A stretch of 64,000 bases of DNA, from the IMG/VR virus record IMGVR_UViG_3300045988_164340, positions 128,001 through 192,000 of that record; one strand, given 5' to 3'. This DNA comes from a virus. A model generated the notes under the pieces. The model was not told where the DNA came from and made no database searches. It saw only the letters and a list, made by a program, of their open reading frames with translations. Below, in pieces: positions 46,567 to 57,254 of this stretch. The position numbers and the translations under genes are program-made. Every line of letters starts with the position of its first letter. The first letter of the stretch is position 1.

Positions 46567-48210
46567 ATGGCTAAATTAACAAACAATAGGGCCAAAGCTG
46601 CCATTGCTAAAGAATAGAAAAGATTAGATGCCATTCAAAAGAAAATGGAGACACAAAGGAAAAAAGAGGAATTTGGAGAATCTTGGAAATATTTTTTAAA
46701 AGATGAGCATAAACAGGCTCTAAAAGAAATTGTTGGGGACTTTGGTACACCAAATCTTGTAGATTCTGTTGATTATAATAGTTTTTTTGACCCTATTAAT
46801 TTTTATAAAGAAGAAGATGGAAGTGTAAGATAGCTTGATTACAAGAAATACTTAGAATACGAAGAAGCTTATCAAGAAGTTATTGATGATTGTGATAAAA
46901 TTATAAATGATGAAATAGATACTTCTAACGATTCAGCTAAAGAGCAATTAAGCACCCATCTTACTAAAAAAACAGAAAAGAAAAAGAGTAAGCCTAAAAT
47001 ACCCGAATACTTACAAAAGCTTTATTAGAATTGGACAAAATATTTTAATAGGTTTGTTCCATTGTATGATAAATATGTATGTTCATGTTGTGGAAAAGCA
47101 TTGCCACAAGATAAATATTTCCTTGCATACAACGAAGGGAATTTGGGTAGAATAGAAGCTAATGGAAAAATGCACACACATATTTGTATGGATTGTTGTA
47201 AAAATTTATATGAATATTTGTTTTATGAAAAAGCAGACAAAGATGGCGAAAAAGCAATGAAATGGCTTTGTAGTTATCTTAATATATATTATGACGATGT
47301 TAGTTATTTTAAAGCTAAAAAAACGATGGAGGAGAAAGATAGAAAAACTCATATAGTTGAAGAATATATGAGTGTTATTTCTCGTAGTGCTACTTTAAAA
47401 GGAAAAGTTTTTTTGGAATCGCCCGATGTTGATGTGAATCAAAACAAAGGAGATTCAAAGGCTGATAAAATAATTAACAGCAATACAGGCAATGTGCCTG
47501 AAGATTTAGAAGAAGAATGGAGTAAAGCTGACCTCGAAGCAAAAAGACAAGTTATCAAGATGGTTGGTTACGACCCGTTTTATTTTGAAATTGAAAAAGA
47601 TAGAAAAATTCTTTATAAAGATTTACTTGGTATGATGGAACAGGGTATGGAGCTTGATGGACTTAAAGTCCAAGCTGCTATTTAGATTGTTCTTTCTTTT
47701 AAAAATATTCGTGAATTAAATGAAAAATATAGAAAGAAAAGTGACGAAGATGCTCCTGTTTCAGAATTAAAAGCGTTATCCGAATTAAAGAAAAAAGAAC
47801 TCGAAACAATTACAAGCTTTAGTAGAGATAATGGCTTTGGCGAGCGTTACGCTATCAGTAAAGCCAAAGGTGAAAACACATTTTCTGGTATTATGGCTAA
47901 GATGAATGAGATGAAGTATGAAAATGCTATTCTTAATATGTATGATGTTGAGACTAGCAAGAGTATTAATCAAGCTGCTGATGCAAGTTTTGCAGCTATT
48001 TTCAATCAACTTAGTATGAGTGAAGCGGAAGTGTACAAAACTTGTCAAGATTAGCTTAAAAAATTGCTTTCGTTGCAGAGAGAAAACGCCACCATTACTG
48101 AAAATTTAAGATTGGCTAAACGTGAATTAGCTGAGAAAAAATTGGAAGAAGAAAAACGTCAGTACGACAAAGAAAATGGTGATGATGGCGATAGTTGGGG
48201 TGGTTATTAA
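46567..48210 (+). CDS. 547-aa protein upstream of TerL (possible small-terminase role), five in-frame TAG
   Basis: 1644 nt in frame joining ORFs 46645.. and 47062..; TAG at 46615, 46831, 47026, 47683, 48052; Cys cluster; function assigned by position only. Confidence 0.5.
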
Positions 48211-50261
48211 TGATTAATGTTATTTTTAATGACTTTAGTTACGAACTGCTTCCAAAGAGAAAAGAAATTTTTGAAAAATATACCAAGATAATTTAGTGGG
48301 GAAGAGCAAACCCGACAAGATTTATTGAAGATTTTTTTAAAATATAGCTAACTGATATGCAAAAGTATGTTTTGCTGAGTAGTTGGTGCCCTGCAAACTG
48401 TGTGTGGCTTATGGGAAGAAACTCACGGAAAGCTACCAGTTTAAGCACCAAAACTTATGGTAAAATTAGCGACCGTGGAGTGGCTATTGAGGAGAAAAGT
48501 GTTGGCGAATTAAGAATTGGAGATAAAATTTATGATAATACTGGTAAACTAACAGAGGTTATTCATTTAAATCCAATTATTTTCGAAGAAGTCTATGAAG
48601 TTGAATTTGAAGATGGAGATATAATTGAATGTAATGCTGACCATCTTTGGTATGTAAAAGATTCAGGGTTTGATAAGCGTAATAAATATGATACGAAATG
48701 GGTAACTCGCTCTACTGATTTTATTTATAATAATTTTAATAAGGTAAAACGGGGGAGAAAAGCAGAAAAAGGATGGAATGATTATCGCTTCTTTGTGCCA
48801 ATGAACAAACCAATTGAATATCCGAAGATGCTGCGACTGCCTGTTGCCCCATATATTTTAGGTTTATGGCTCGGAGATGGTTATAGTGCTTCTCCTGCTA
48901 TTTGCGGTGCAAGAAAAGATTTAAAAGAAATAGAATCATATGTTAAAAAATTATGCCGTACAACTTATTACGAAGAAAAAAATGAAAAAAAAGATTGTGA
49001 TATTCTTTACATAGACCGAGAAAAAGAATTAAGATTGTAGGACAATATTCTTCCAACTAATGTGAAAAAAATGTCGTTGTTGCAAAAATTGCGCAACATG
49101 GATTTATATGATAATAAACATATTCCAGAAGAATATTTACATGCTTCCATAAATGATAGAGTGGAACTATTGCAAGGCTTAATGGACACAGACGGTCACT
49201 GTGAAAAAAATACAGGCTATTGTAGTTTTACTCAAGCAAATTATGATTTTTGTTTGCAATTTCAGAAACTTTTATCTTCGCTGGGAATAAAATCTACATT
49301 GACAGAGAAGAAGATGAAATATATTAAAAAGGACGGAAATCTTTCTCGCTCTTGGACGGTATATTTTATGGCATCTAAAGAAATGCCTTGCTTCAAATTA
49401 AAAAGAAAGTATAATCTTTTGAAAGATACTTTATCAGACAGATAGAAGCAAAAAGCGATTGTAGATGTTCGCAAGACTGGTCGAAAAGCGCCTATGCGCT
49501 GTATAACAGTGTCAAATGAGTCAGGTCTTTTTCTTTGTGGGAACAAATATACAGTAACGCATAATTCATTCCTTGCTGCACCTTTTATGATGGCAAGAGC
49601 ACTTTTGTTACCAAATACTAATACATATATTATGGCTCCAAGTGGAGGTCAGTCTCAAGAAACCTTTTAGAAGATGGAAGATATGGCAAAAGGTAATATC
49701 GCTTCTTTGCTGGGAACATCTTCTGTGTTCTTAGATGAATGTGTTAGAGCAAATACTTAGGCTGACCCCTTTGTTCATCCTAAGAGTGGATATACAGTTA
49801 GCTTATATAATGGTAGTACAATTAATACGTTAAATAGTGTAATAAAGAATATCGTTGGTATAAGAAGCTCGTTTAGTGTATATGACGAGGCTGGAAAAAT
49901 AGACAGGACATTCTTTGCCTTGTCTCGTCCTTTTACTGCACAGGATACAAACTTTATTACTGGTGATGGTATTAATACGGATATATATCCAAGACAGCTA
50001 CCGAACAAAAAGTTATTATTAAGTTCTGCTGAAGGTATTGATAGCGAACTTTTTGACCAATATAAAATGGCATTTGAAAAAATGTTGTTAGGAGACCCTA
50101 ATTATTTTGTGTGTGATATTAGTTGTGAGTTTTCATTACATCCTTTTATGAATGGTAAGCCTATGAAACCACTGATTACTTAGGATGAAGTTGATAACGC
50201 ATTTGCTACTAATCCATACAAAGCAGAACGTGAGCAAATCGAAAAGAAATACTCCGCACAT
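48210..50261 (+). CDS. terL: terminase large subunit, exon 1 (includes intein)
   Basis: ATG overlaps the upstream TAA; KII(TAG)WGRANPTRFIEDFF, Walker A GRNSRKAT, after the intein SFLAAPF..., Walker B VYDEAG, SSAEG; 3' boundary uncertain. Confidence 0.75.
48438..49565 (+). mobile_element. intein with LAGLIDADG homing-endonuclease domain in the TerL P-loop
   Basis: 376 codons; starts SLSTKT, LGLWLGDGYS and LLQGLMDTDGHC motifs, ends YTVTHN followed by Ser; two in-frame TAG. Confidence 0.75.
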
Positions 50262-51395
50262 TTAGTGATAAGTGTGTGCATCCCATTGAACTGCTGGGAG
50301 TTCTTAAAGGTTTTTGTACTACAGCATAATTATGAAATAAGAATAAGTGCGAATGTTACGAAAGTAAAAAGAAACAAAAACATGGTGCATGGTTAAATCC
50401 TAAACACTATATAATAGATAATCAGCAGCCAAGTCTTTAACAGAGAAAGGTTCAACGACTATCCCGTGACTGGGAGTAGAGGTTGTTAAAGAATAATAAC
50501 TTCGAAGTGGTGGGACATCTTAATGAGATGATGATATAGTCTAAGCTTATATGAAAATATAAGAAGTAGGTTGTTTTTAAGGGCGACAAGGGAAGGCCAT
50601 CCTTTATACATATCCGCAAAATATGTATATAGCCCTTTATATATTAAAAATACTTTTTGCGGGAGGTTTTTAATGGAAGATGATAGAAAATGGACAGTAT
50701 ATATTCATACTAATAAAGTAAATCAAAAGAAATACGTTGGAATAACTAGTACTTCTGTGATAGAAAGATGGCATCATGGACATGGCTATTTAACCAAAAA
50801 GAAAGATGGAAGTTTTTGTTAGCCAGCTATGGCTTATGCAGTATTAAAATATGGATGGGAATGTTTTTCTCATGAAGTAATAGCTGAAAATTTGACTATG
50901 GAAGAGGCTTCTTAGATGGAAAAAGAATTGATAGAAAAATATTAGTCTAATAACAAACATTTTGGATATAATATTAAAGAGGGTGGAATAGATGGATTGC
51001 CTTCTGAAGAATCAATTCAAAAAGCTTTATAGACAAGACTTAAGAATGGATATCATCATAGTGAAGAAACTAAAAAGAAGATATCTGAAAGTAATATGGG
51101 TAAAACTCATACTGATTCATCTAAAGAATTGTTAAGTAAAAGCCATAGTAAAACAAAACAAAGACCGAAGGAAGTAATTCCACGGAATGATACATATAAT
51201 TAGGTTTATTGCCAATGTGTAGAAACAGGAGAGTGTTTTCCCTCAATTTCTAACGCCGCTGTTAATACTGGCTCTTACAATCCAAATATAGTTAAATGTT
51301 TAAAAGGAACAAGAAAAAGAGCAGGCGGATATCATTGGAAAGAAATAACAAAAGAAGAATATGAAGAATACTGTGCCAACAACTGAAAATACTTG
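50262..51395 (+). mobile_element. group I intron in terL (boundaries approximate)
   Basis: GGTTCAACGACTATCC (about 50449-50464) and ATATAGTCTAAGC (50535-50547) resemble the P7/P7' core; candidate P1 GCACAT(50256-50261)/GTGTGC(50274-50279) with U-G at the splice site; exon frame resumes near 51396. Confidence 0.6.
50673..51386 (+). CDS. intron-encoded GIY-YIG homing endonuclease, five in-frame TAG
   Basis: WTVYIHTNKVNQKKYVGIT...RWHHGH...KYGWECFSHEV...GYNIKEGG; GGGAGG SD. Confidence 0.75.
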
Positions 51396-52430
51396 TACAA
51401 GAATCGTTTTGATAGAGACGGTGGTGAAGATGTTTTTGTAAAACGCTCAACGATTTTACGAAACAGCTTTGCATACTATCCAGTATATGAAAATGACGGT
51501 GAAAAGAAATATCTCGTCTGTTACGACCCTGCATCAAAATTAGATAATTCTATTGTTTTAATAGGAGAATTGTTCAGAGATAAAGAAAAGGGTTTAATGT
51601 TAAAAATAGTCAACTGTGAGAACTTGATTGAGCTTTTGCCTAATGGTGATAAGGCAATAATTCAAAAGCCTCAGCAAATTGAAATGATAAAAGACCTTAT
51701 TATAAATTATAATAGAGGTGCTTTAGATTATGATAATATTGAGCTTGTCTGTATTGATGCTGGTGCAGGCGGTGGAGGATTTGATATTTCTCAGTTCCTT
51801 TTAAATGATTGGGTAGGTTCTGATGGTAAACGTCATTTAGGTCTTATAGACGAAGAAGACCCGTACATGAAATTACGCGCAGATGATTATCCTGCAAATA
51901 TAAGAAAATTGCAGTTATTTAATTTTAAACGTGATAAAGTTCAAGCTTATGAAAGAACTCAAGCTGCAATTAACCAAGGATTAGTAATGTTTCCAAAGAG
52001 TTTAAATGCTCGTAACGAGATGGAAATTGAAGAGGTTGCTTCCGATGGAACAACTTCAATAAGATATGAAAAGGTTTCGTTTGATGAAATGAACTCTTTG
52101 ATATAGATTGATTTAACTAAAGAAGAGTTAGTTGGTATGCAAAAGCAAAAAAGACCAAATGGTACGATTGTTTTTGAACTTTCTCCTGATGCCAAGCAAA
52201 AAAATATGCATGATGACCGAGTTGACTGTGTAGCAATGATGTGTAATCATTTGATGGAGTTGCGTGCCAAAGAAGTGTTGGCGTTGGAAGAAAAACCTAA
52301 GACAGAATTTAAAGAAATGTTTGCAAAACAAAAGAGTGCGAACAAGAGTAATAGTTCTAATCCTTTTAATGGATTAGGACAGGTAAATCCACTTTCTACT
52401 AAATATAGAAGAGGTGGAAGGTTTGGATGA
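51396..52430 (+). CDS. terL: terminase large subunit, exon 2 (nuclease domain)
   Basis: KYLVCYDPASKLDNS, CIDAGAGGGGFDI, NMHDDRVD; one TAG at 52104. Confidence 0.7.
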
Positions 52431-52469
52431 TATTAACGATTAATATAACAAGAAAGGAGGAGTAGGATT

Positions 52470-52853
52470 TTGTTAAAAATAAATAATGGGGTAATTTCAT
52501 TAACTCGTGGCGATGACTGCGTAATAGATTTACAGATTTATACTCCTGATAATTAGGAATACAGTCCAAGAGAAGGAGAAAAAGCAAGGTTTACAGTTAG
52601 AAAGCATCCTTTGTATAATAACGCTACTCCTCCTTTAATCGAAAAAGATTTTGAATTTGTTGAGCTTGAAAGCACTTCTAAGAATGAAAAAGATGAAGAA
52701 AAGACGAAAGTTTGGCGAATTAAAATTAAAGGAACTGATACGAAATTTCTAACATACGGAGGCTATTTGTACGACGTATAGTTTTGTGATATAAAAGGGA
52801 ATATAACCACTGTTTGCAAAGGCAAATTTATATTGACATATGAAATTGGGTAA
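52470..52853 (+). CDS. small beta-rich structural-type protein, two TAG
   Basis: TTG start after AAAGGAGG; ISLTRGDDCVIDLQIY...GGYLYDV(TAG)FCD. Confidence 0.5.
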
Positions 52854-52894
52854 TACTCCTTATTAAAAGAAATGAAAGGAGAGTTTTATTTACG

Positions 52895-53173
52895 ATGGTA
52901 AGAAGAGATTATAGTGGAATGACACTGATAACGCCTGATTCTCCTAATTATAATAGAGGAGTATTATATGGTGTATTAAATGCTGGAATTGAAGAAATTC
53001 CCGCAAAAGATATGAAGCTTGAAGATTTAAAAGATGTAAAGATATCTGAAAGTGGAGTAGAAAACAAAGACATCCTCATGTATAATAAAGAGAATGAAGC
53101 ATGGGAAAATAAGAATATGGATAAGTATTTGGAAGATAACTTGGTAGATGGTGGTGGAGTCCCACGGTTCTAA
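52895..53173 (+). CDS. hypothetical protein ending DGGGVPRF
   Basis: 92-aa ORF; C-terminal motif shared with 54662..55030. Confidence 0.55.
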   Translation: MVRRDYSGMTLITPDSPNYNRGVLYGVLNAGIEEIPAKDMKLEDLKDVKISESGVENKDILMYNKENEAWENKNMDKYLEDNLVDGGGVPRF

Positions 53174-53268
53174 GGAGTCTTTTTCAAATAAATAGCTATT
53201 TAATTATAGCGAATTAAAATATTTTGCAAAACATTTTAATTAGGTAAATAGGAGGTGTAAAGACAAGA

Positions 53269-54645
53269 ATGGCTGATATTAATAAGCTGCAAACGCTCAT
53301 CCAACTGCGTCGCGGTTTTCAGGCACAGTGGGATGCAGTGGCTAACACTTACATTCCTAAAGCTGGTGAACCTTGTGTAACTCTTGATGGTAAGAACAAG
53401 AGTCAGATTAAGATTGGTGATGGCACTTCTACATGGGGAGAACTTAAGTATGTTGGTGTCAACGAAGGTGCTATGCATTTTATTGGTACTGTTGCTACGA
53501 AGGCTGAACTTCCTGAAAGTGCCGAAACTGGTGACATTTATCAAGTAACTGAAGATAGCAAATTGTATATTTGGGATGGCGATAGCTGGGAGATTTTTCA
53601 TGCTGTTGACCTGAGTAATTATTACACTAAAGAAGAGACTACTAATCTTGTAACTGTTGAGATTGGTAAGGTTAATACTAAGATTGAAAGTCTTGGAACA
53701 GAGCTTGCCAAGGATTATGCTCTGAAGGCTGACCTTGATGTTATTAAGATTTATGGTGATACTACATCTGATACTTCCATGGAAGTTAATGGACAAAAGT
53801 ATAATACTGCCAGTGAAGCTATTGCGGCTGTAAGTGATGGCGGCACGATTAAGTTGAGTGGTGGCCTTGGTGCAGATGAAGTTATTAATGCTGACAAGAA
53901 GTTTACTCTTGATATGAACAATGCAGTTATTGTTGATAACGAGAAAACTCCTGTTAATGTTGATGTTAATGGTGCTTTAACTCTCACTGGTAATGGTAGT
54001 GTTGAATGCAACAAGAATGGTAAACCCGCTATTAACAATAATGGTAACTTGATTATTGAGAATGGTAGTTATACTCGTAGTGTTGATGAGAAGGGTAATT
54101 CTTATTATACCATGGTCAACCATGGTAATACTGTGATTAATGATGGTATTTTCCAAGCTCCTCGGATTGTTTCGAGCATGATTTCCAATGGTTATTGGGA
54201 TTATGCACAGGATTACAAAGCTGGCGAAATGGCAGAATATCCTGAATTGACTATTAATAATGGTACATTTATTAACGCTTTCTATGTTATTAAGAATGAT
54301 GACAATGGTAAGCTTTATATTAATGGTGGTAACTTCTACGGTACTATTTTTAACAATGGTTACGAAATGGTTATTAAAGGTGGTAATTTCAAGATTACTG
54401 ATGGGACTTACAATATTGGTATGCGCAAGTTGAATGATGTAATGAACTCTGGTAAGTTACTCATTGAAGGTGGTACATTCTATAGCAATGGCGAAGTTAA
54501 CTTTAAGCACAACGGTGGTGGCGAAGAGCCTCAAGTTGTTATTAAGGGTGGTAAGTTTAGTGCTGTTGTACCTGAGAAATATATTGCAGAAGGTTATGAA
54601 CAGAAGTACATAGATGGCTACTATGTTGTAAGTGCAAAAGCTTAA
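53269..54645 (+). CDS. tail fibre/tailspike: Mtd_N/hyaluronidase-type N-terminus plus beta-helix repeats
   Basis: IQLRRGFQAQWDAVANTYIPKAGEPCVTLDG...IKIGDGTSTWGELKY; repeated NGG.F/NNG motifs; no TAG. Confidence 0.65.
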   Translation: MADINKLQTLIQLRRGFQAQWDAVANTYIPKAGEPCVTLDGKNKSQIKIGDGTSTWGELKYVGVNEGAMHFIGTVATKAELPESAETGDIYQVTEDSKLYIWDGDSWEIFHAVDLSNYYTKEETTNLVTVEIGKVNTKIESLGTELAKDYALKADLDVIKIYGDTTSDTSMEVNGQKYNTASEAIAAVSDGGTIKLSGGLGADEVINADKKFTLDMNNAVIVDNEKTPVNVDVNGALTLTGNGSVECNKNGKPAINNNGNLIIENGSYTRSVDEKGNSYYTMVNHGNTVINDGIFQAPRIVSSMISNGYWDYAQDYKAGEMAEYPELTINNGTFINAFYVIKNDDNGKLYINGGNFYGTIFNNGYEMVIKGGNFKITDGTYNIGMRKLNDVMNSGKLLIEGGTFYSNGEVNFKHNGGGEEPQVVIKGGKFSAVVPEKYIAEGYEQKYIDGYYVVSAKA

Positions 54646-54661
54646 GGAAGGAGGATGACTA

Positions 54662-55030
54662 ATGTTTAAATTAGCGTATGTAGACAAGGCAAAAATTGAA
54701 AATAGCATTGCACAGCAAGTCATCCCCGAAGAGAGCTTGATTGTGACCAACAGTGAGGCGAAGAATGCTGAACTGAGCTATTATGATGAAAAAGGTAATT
54801 TGAAGAGCATTGTAAAAAAGACTCAATTTGAGAGTTTTGCTGAAGCTCAATATTGGATTGCTAAATATGGTAACTACGAAGGTGAGACCATATCTGTACT
54901 TGAGAATGGTAAATGGAACACATACACTGTCAATAAAGATGGTGAAATGAACCAGATAGTTTATCAACAGGATATGGTGTCTCTGTTGGATGATTTAATT
55001 ATTGATGGTGGCGGTGCTCCTGAAGCATAA
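54662..55030 (+). CDS. hypothetical protein ending IIDGGGAPEA
   Basis: 122-aa ORF. Confidence 0.55.
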   Translation: MFKLAYVDKAKIENSIAQQVIPEESLIVTNSEAKNAELSYYDEKGNLKSIVKKTQFESFAEAQYWIAKYGNYEGETISVLENGKWNTYTVNKDGEMNQIVYQQDMVSLLDDLIIDGGGAPEA

Positions 55031-55054
55031 TAATTAAGGAAGGGAGGACTACCA

Positions 55055-55555
55055 ATGGCAAAAGTGATTAATACTGTTATTAAGCTTCGTTATGATTAGG
55101 ATTATAACTATCAACGTGTTGGGAATACTTTTATTCCAGCCAAGGGTGAAGTTTGTCTTGTTAATACGAGCAATAGTGGTTTAAGAGCGTTAGTTGGTGA
55201 TGGTCAAAAAACTTATAACCAACTTGATTATGTTGACTATATCTTCTTTAAGGGATACTTTGATGGGAAAGTATTTTGGAAAGAAGAAGAGTTTGTAAAT
55301 GAACTTGAAAAGAATATAAATAAAATTTATATTGCTTTAAATAGTAATAATGACCTTTATATCTACAATGGAGAAAATTATGAAAAGTTGTACAATTTAC
55401 CCTATGCCAATAGTAAAACTGCTGGTGTGGTTAAATTATACGATGAAGTAGGCAATAACACAGATGGCTCCATGACTTAGAGGGCTATTACTGAAGAATT
55501 AGAAAAAAAAGTCGAAACTTCCATTGAGGGAGAGACAATTTTTTTTATTAATTAA
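55055..55555 (+). CDS. fibre-type protein with Mtd_N-like N-terminus, two TAG
   Basis: VIKLRYD(TAG)DYNYQRVGNTFIPAKGEVCLV...GDGQKTYNQLDY; AGVVKLYDEVGNNTDGSMT(TAG)RAIT. Confidence 0.6.
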
Positions 55556-55592
55556 ATATTTTAATTTCGGATTTTACAAGGAGGTTTAAAAT

Positions 55593-57041
55593 ATGGCTGA
55601 TAAATTTCTTTCTATTTTTAATGTTGGTGGCGTAGATTATAATTTGAAGGATGCTGCTGCTACTGCCAAGCTGAATACTTTGCTCGGTGAACAGACTGTT
55701 CAGGAGCTTGGTGCTGCCGCATGGAAGGCAGTCGCCGCTAATATTTCTGGCGAAGGTCTTGTTGATGCTTCCGTTGTTAAGGCTTATGTTGATTCTCATG
55801 TTGGTCAGATTCACAACTTTGATGTTGTAATTGATGCTGATGGCACTGCTGCAAGTGGTCCTTCTGTTACCGCTTCTGCTGATACTATGTATAAGATTTA
55901 TCTTGTTCCTTCTGCTGATGCCGCTGCTGGTGGCTATATTGAATATATTACTATTCGTTCTGGTGCAGAAGGTGCTTATACTTACACTTGGGAAGCTATT
56001 GGTAATACAAAGGTAAGCCTTACTGGTTATGTTCCTACCAGCACTACTATTGCTACTATTAAGCTTGACCACAATATTACTGTTGCTGAACTTCAGACTG
56101 CTCTTGGTTTGAAAGCTTTTGCATATGCCGCAACTGGTACTGCCACTGTCGCTGCTAAGACTGTTTCTGGCGTTAAGGCTACTGGTACTAGCACTGGTTC
56201 TATCTCTGGTGATATTGCATATGCTGAAACAGCTATTACTTCTACTGGTAAAGTAACTGCTACTGGTAGTGTTACTGGTTCTGCTATTTCTGGCGGTTCT
56301 ATTGCTGTTACTCTCAAGGATGCCGAGGCTGCCACTGCTGCTTCTGTTACCGCCGAAGCTTACAAGCCCGCTGGTTCCGTAACTTCCAATTTTGTCGCTG
56401 ATGCTGATAATGGTGTTGCTATTGCGGGTACTATTTCTAAGCCCACGGCTACTGTTACTCCTGCCACTGCTACTGTTCAGGAAATGAAGACCTCTGGTAC
56501 TGAGTATAGTATTACCGAGGGTTCTGTCGCTAAGGCTGCTGATACCAAGAGCGATTTTGCTACCGAAGGCGTTACTGCTTCTGTCGATGAAGCTACCGAG
56601 ACTCTTACTTTTGCGGCTGCTGGTACTTCTAAGGCTGTTACGGCTGCTGGTGATGTGACTTATACTGCTCCTGTTCTTTCTGGCGCTCTGCCCACCTTTG
56701 GTGCTTCTGCTGCTGTTATGACTGGTGTTACTGTTGATGTTTCTCAGCCAACATTCGATGGTAATAAATACGCTGTTAAGAGCTCTTTTGCTGGCACCGA
56801 AGTTGAGGATATGAAGGTTACTGGTGTTACCTATGTCAAGCAGGCCGTCAACACCGCCACCTTTACTCCTGTCGCTGCTACGCTCGGATTCTCTGGAGAT
56901 GAAGTTACTGTTTCTGTTGCTGGTAAGTATGACAAGGCCAATAAGGGTACTCTTGCCTTCGCTGGTGATGATATCGAGCTTGCCGTTGGCGATATTGCTG
57001 TTCCTGAGCAGACCATTACTGTTAATCCTGTTACCGAGTAA
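55593..57041 (+). CDS. Ala/Thr/Gly/Val-rich repetitive structural protein
   Basis: 482 aa; visibly GC-richer with strong GCT/ACT/GGT/GTT codon bias; no TAG. Confidence 0.65.
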   Translation: MADKFLSIFNVGGVDYNLKDAAATAKLNTLLGEQTVQELGAAAWKAVAANISGEGLVDASVVKAYVDSHVGQIHNFDVVIDADGTAASGPSVTASADTMYKIYLVPSADAAAGGYIEYITIRSGAEGAYTYTWEAIGNTKVSLTGYVPTSTTIATIKLDHNITVAELQTALGLKAFAYAATGTATVAAKTVSGVKATGTSTGSISGDIAYAETAITSTGKVTATGSVTGSAISGGSIAVTLKDAEAATAASVTAEAYKPAGSVTSNFVADADNGVAIAGTISKPTATVTPATATVQEMKTSGTEYSITEGSVAKAADTKSDFATEGVTASVDEATETLTFAAAGTSKAVTAAGDVTYTAPVLSGALPTFGASAAVMTGVTVDVSQPTFDGNKYAVKSSFAGTEVEDMKVTGVTYVKQAVNTATFTPVAATLGFSGDEVTVSVAGKYDKANKGTLAFAGDDIELAVGDIAVPEQTITVNPVTE

Positions 57042-57073
57042 TTTTTTCTCTTTTAAAATGTAGGTAACTAAAA

Positions 57074-57196
57074 ATGGATATATCCAAGATAGAGTTACCT
57101 GATGGTTCTCAATTTGATATAAAAGATTCGTATTTAACTCATGTTATTAATGTTCTTTTAGGATTGGAAGAACCAGATGAAAGAGATGTAAGGTAA
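57074..57196 (+). CDS. 40-aa ORF resembling a fibre N-terminus
   Basis: MDISKIELPDGSQFDIKD matches N-termini of 59353.. and 60085.. Confidence 0.4.
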   Translation: MDISKIELPDGSQFDIKDSYLTHVINVLLGLEEPDERDVR

Positions 57197-57201
57197 TTTA
57201 T

Positions 57202-57235
57202 ATAGAGTGGGGTTATAACAACCTCACTCTATTTT
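57202..57235 (+). terminator. intrinsic terminator
   Basis: ATAGAGTGGGG/CCTCACTCTAT stem then TTTT. Confidence 0.55.
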
Positions 57236-57254
57236 AAAGAAAAAGGGGTAAGAT

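Noticed and set aside
53269-55555. Diversity-generating retroelement targeting the Mtd_N-like fibres
   Set aside because: No reverse transcriptase gene and no template/variable repeat pair are visible in the window. Only the N-terminal Mtd_N-like motif is present.
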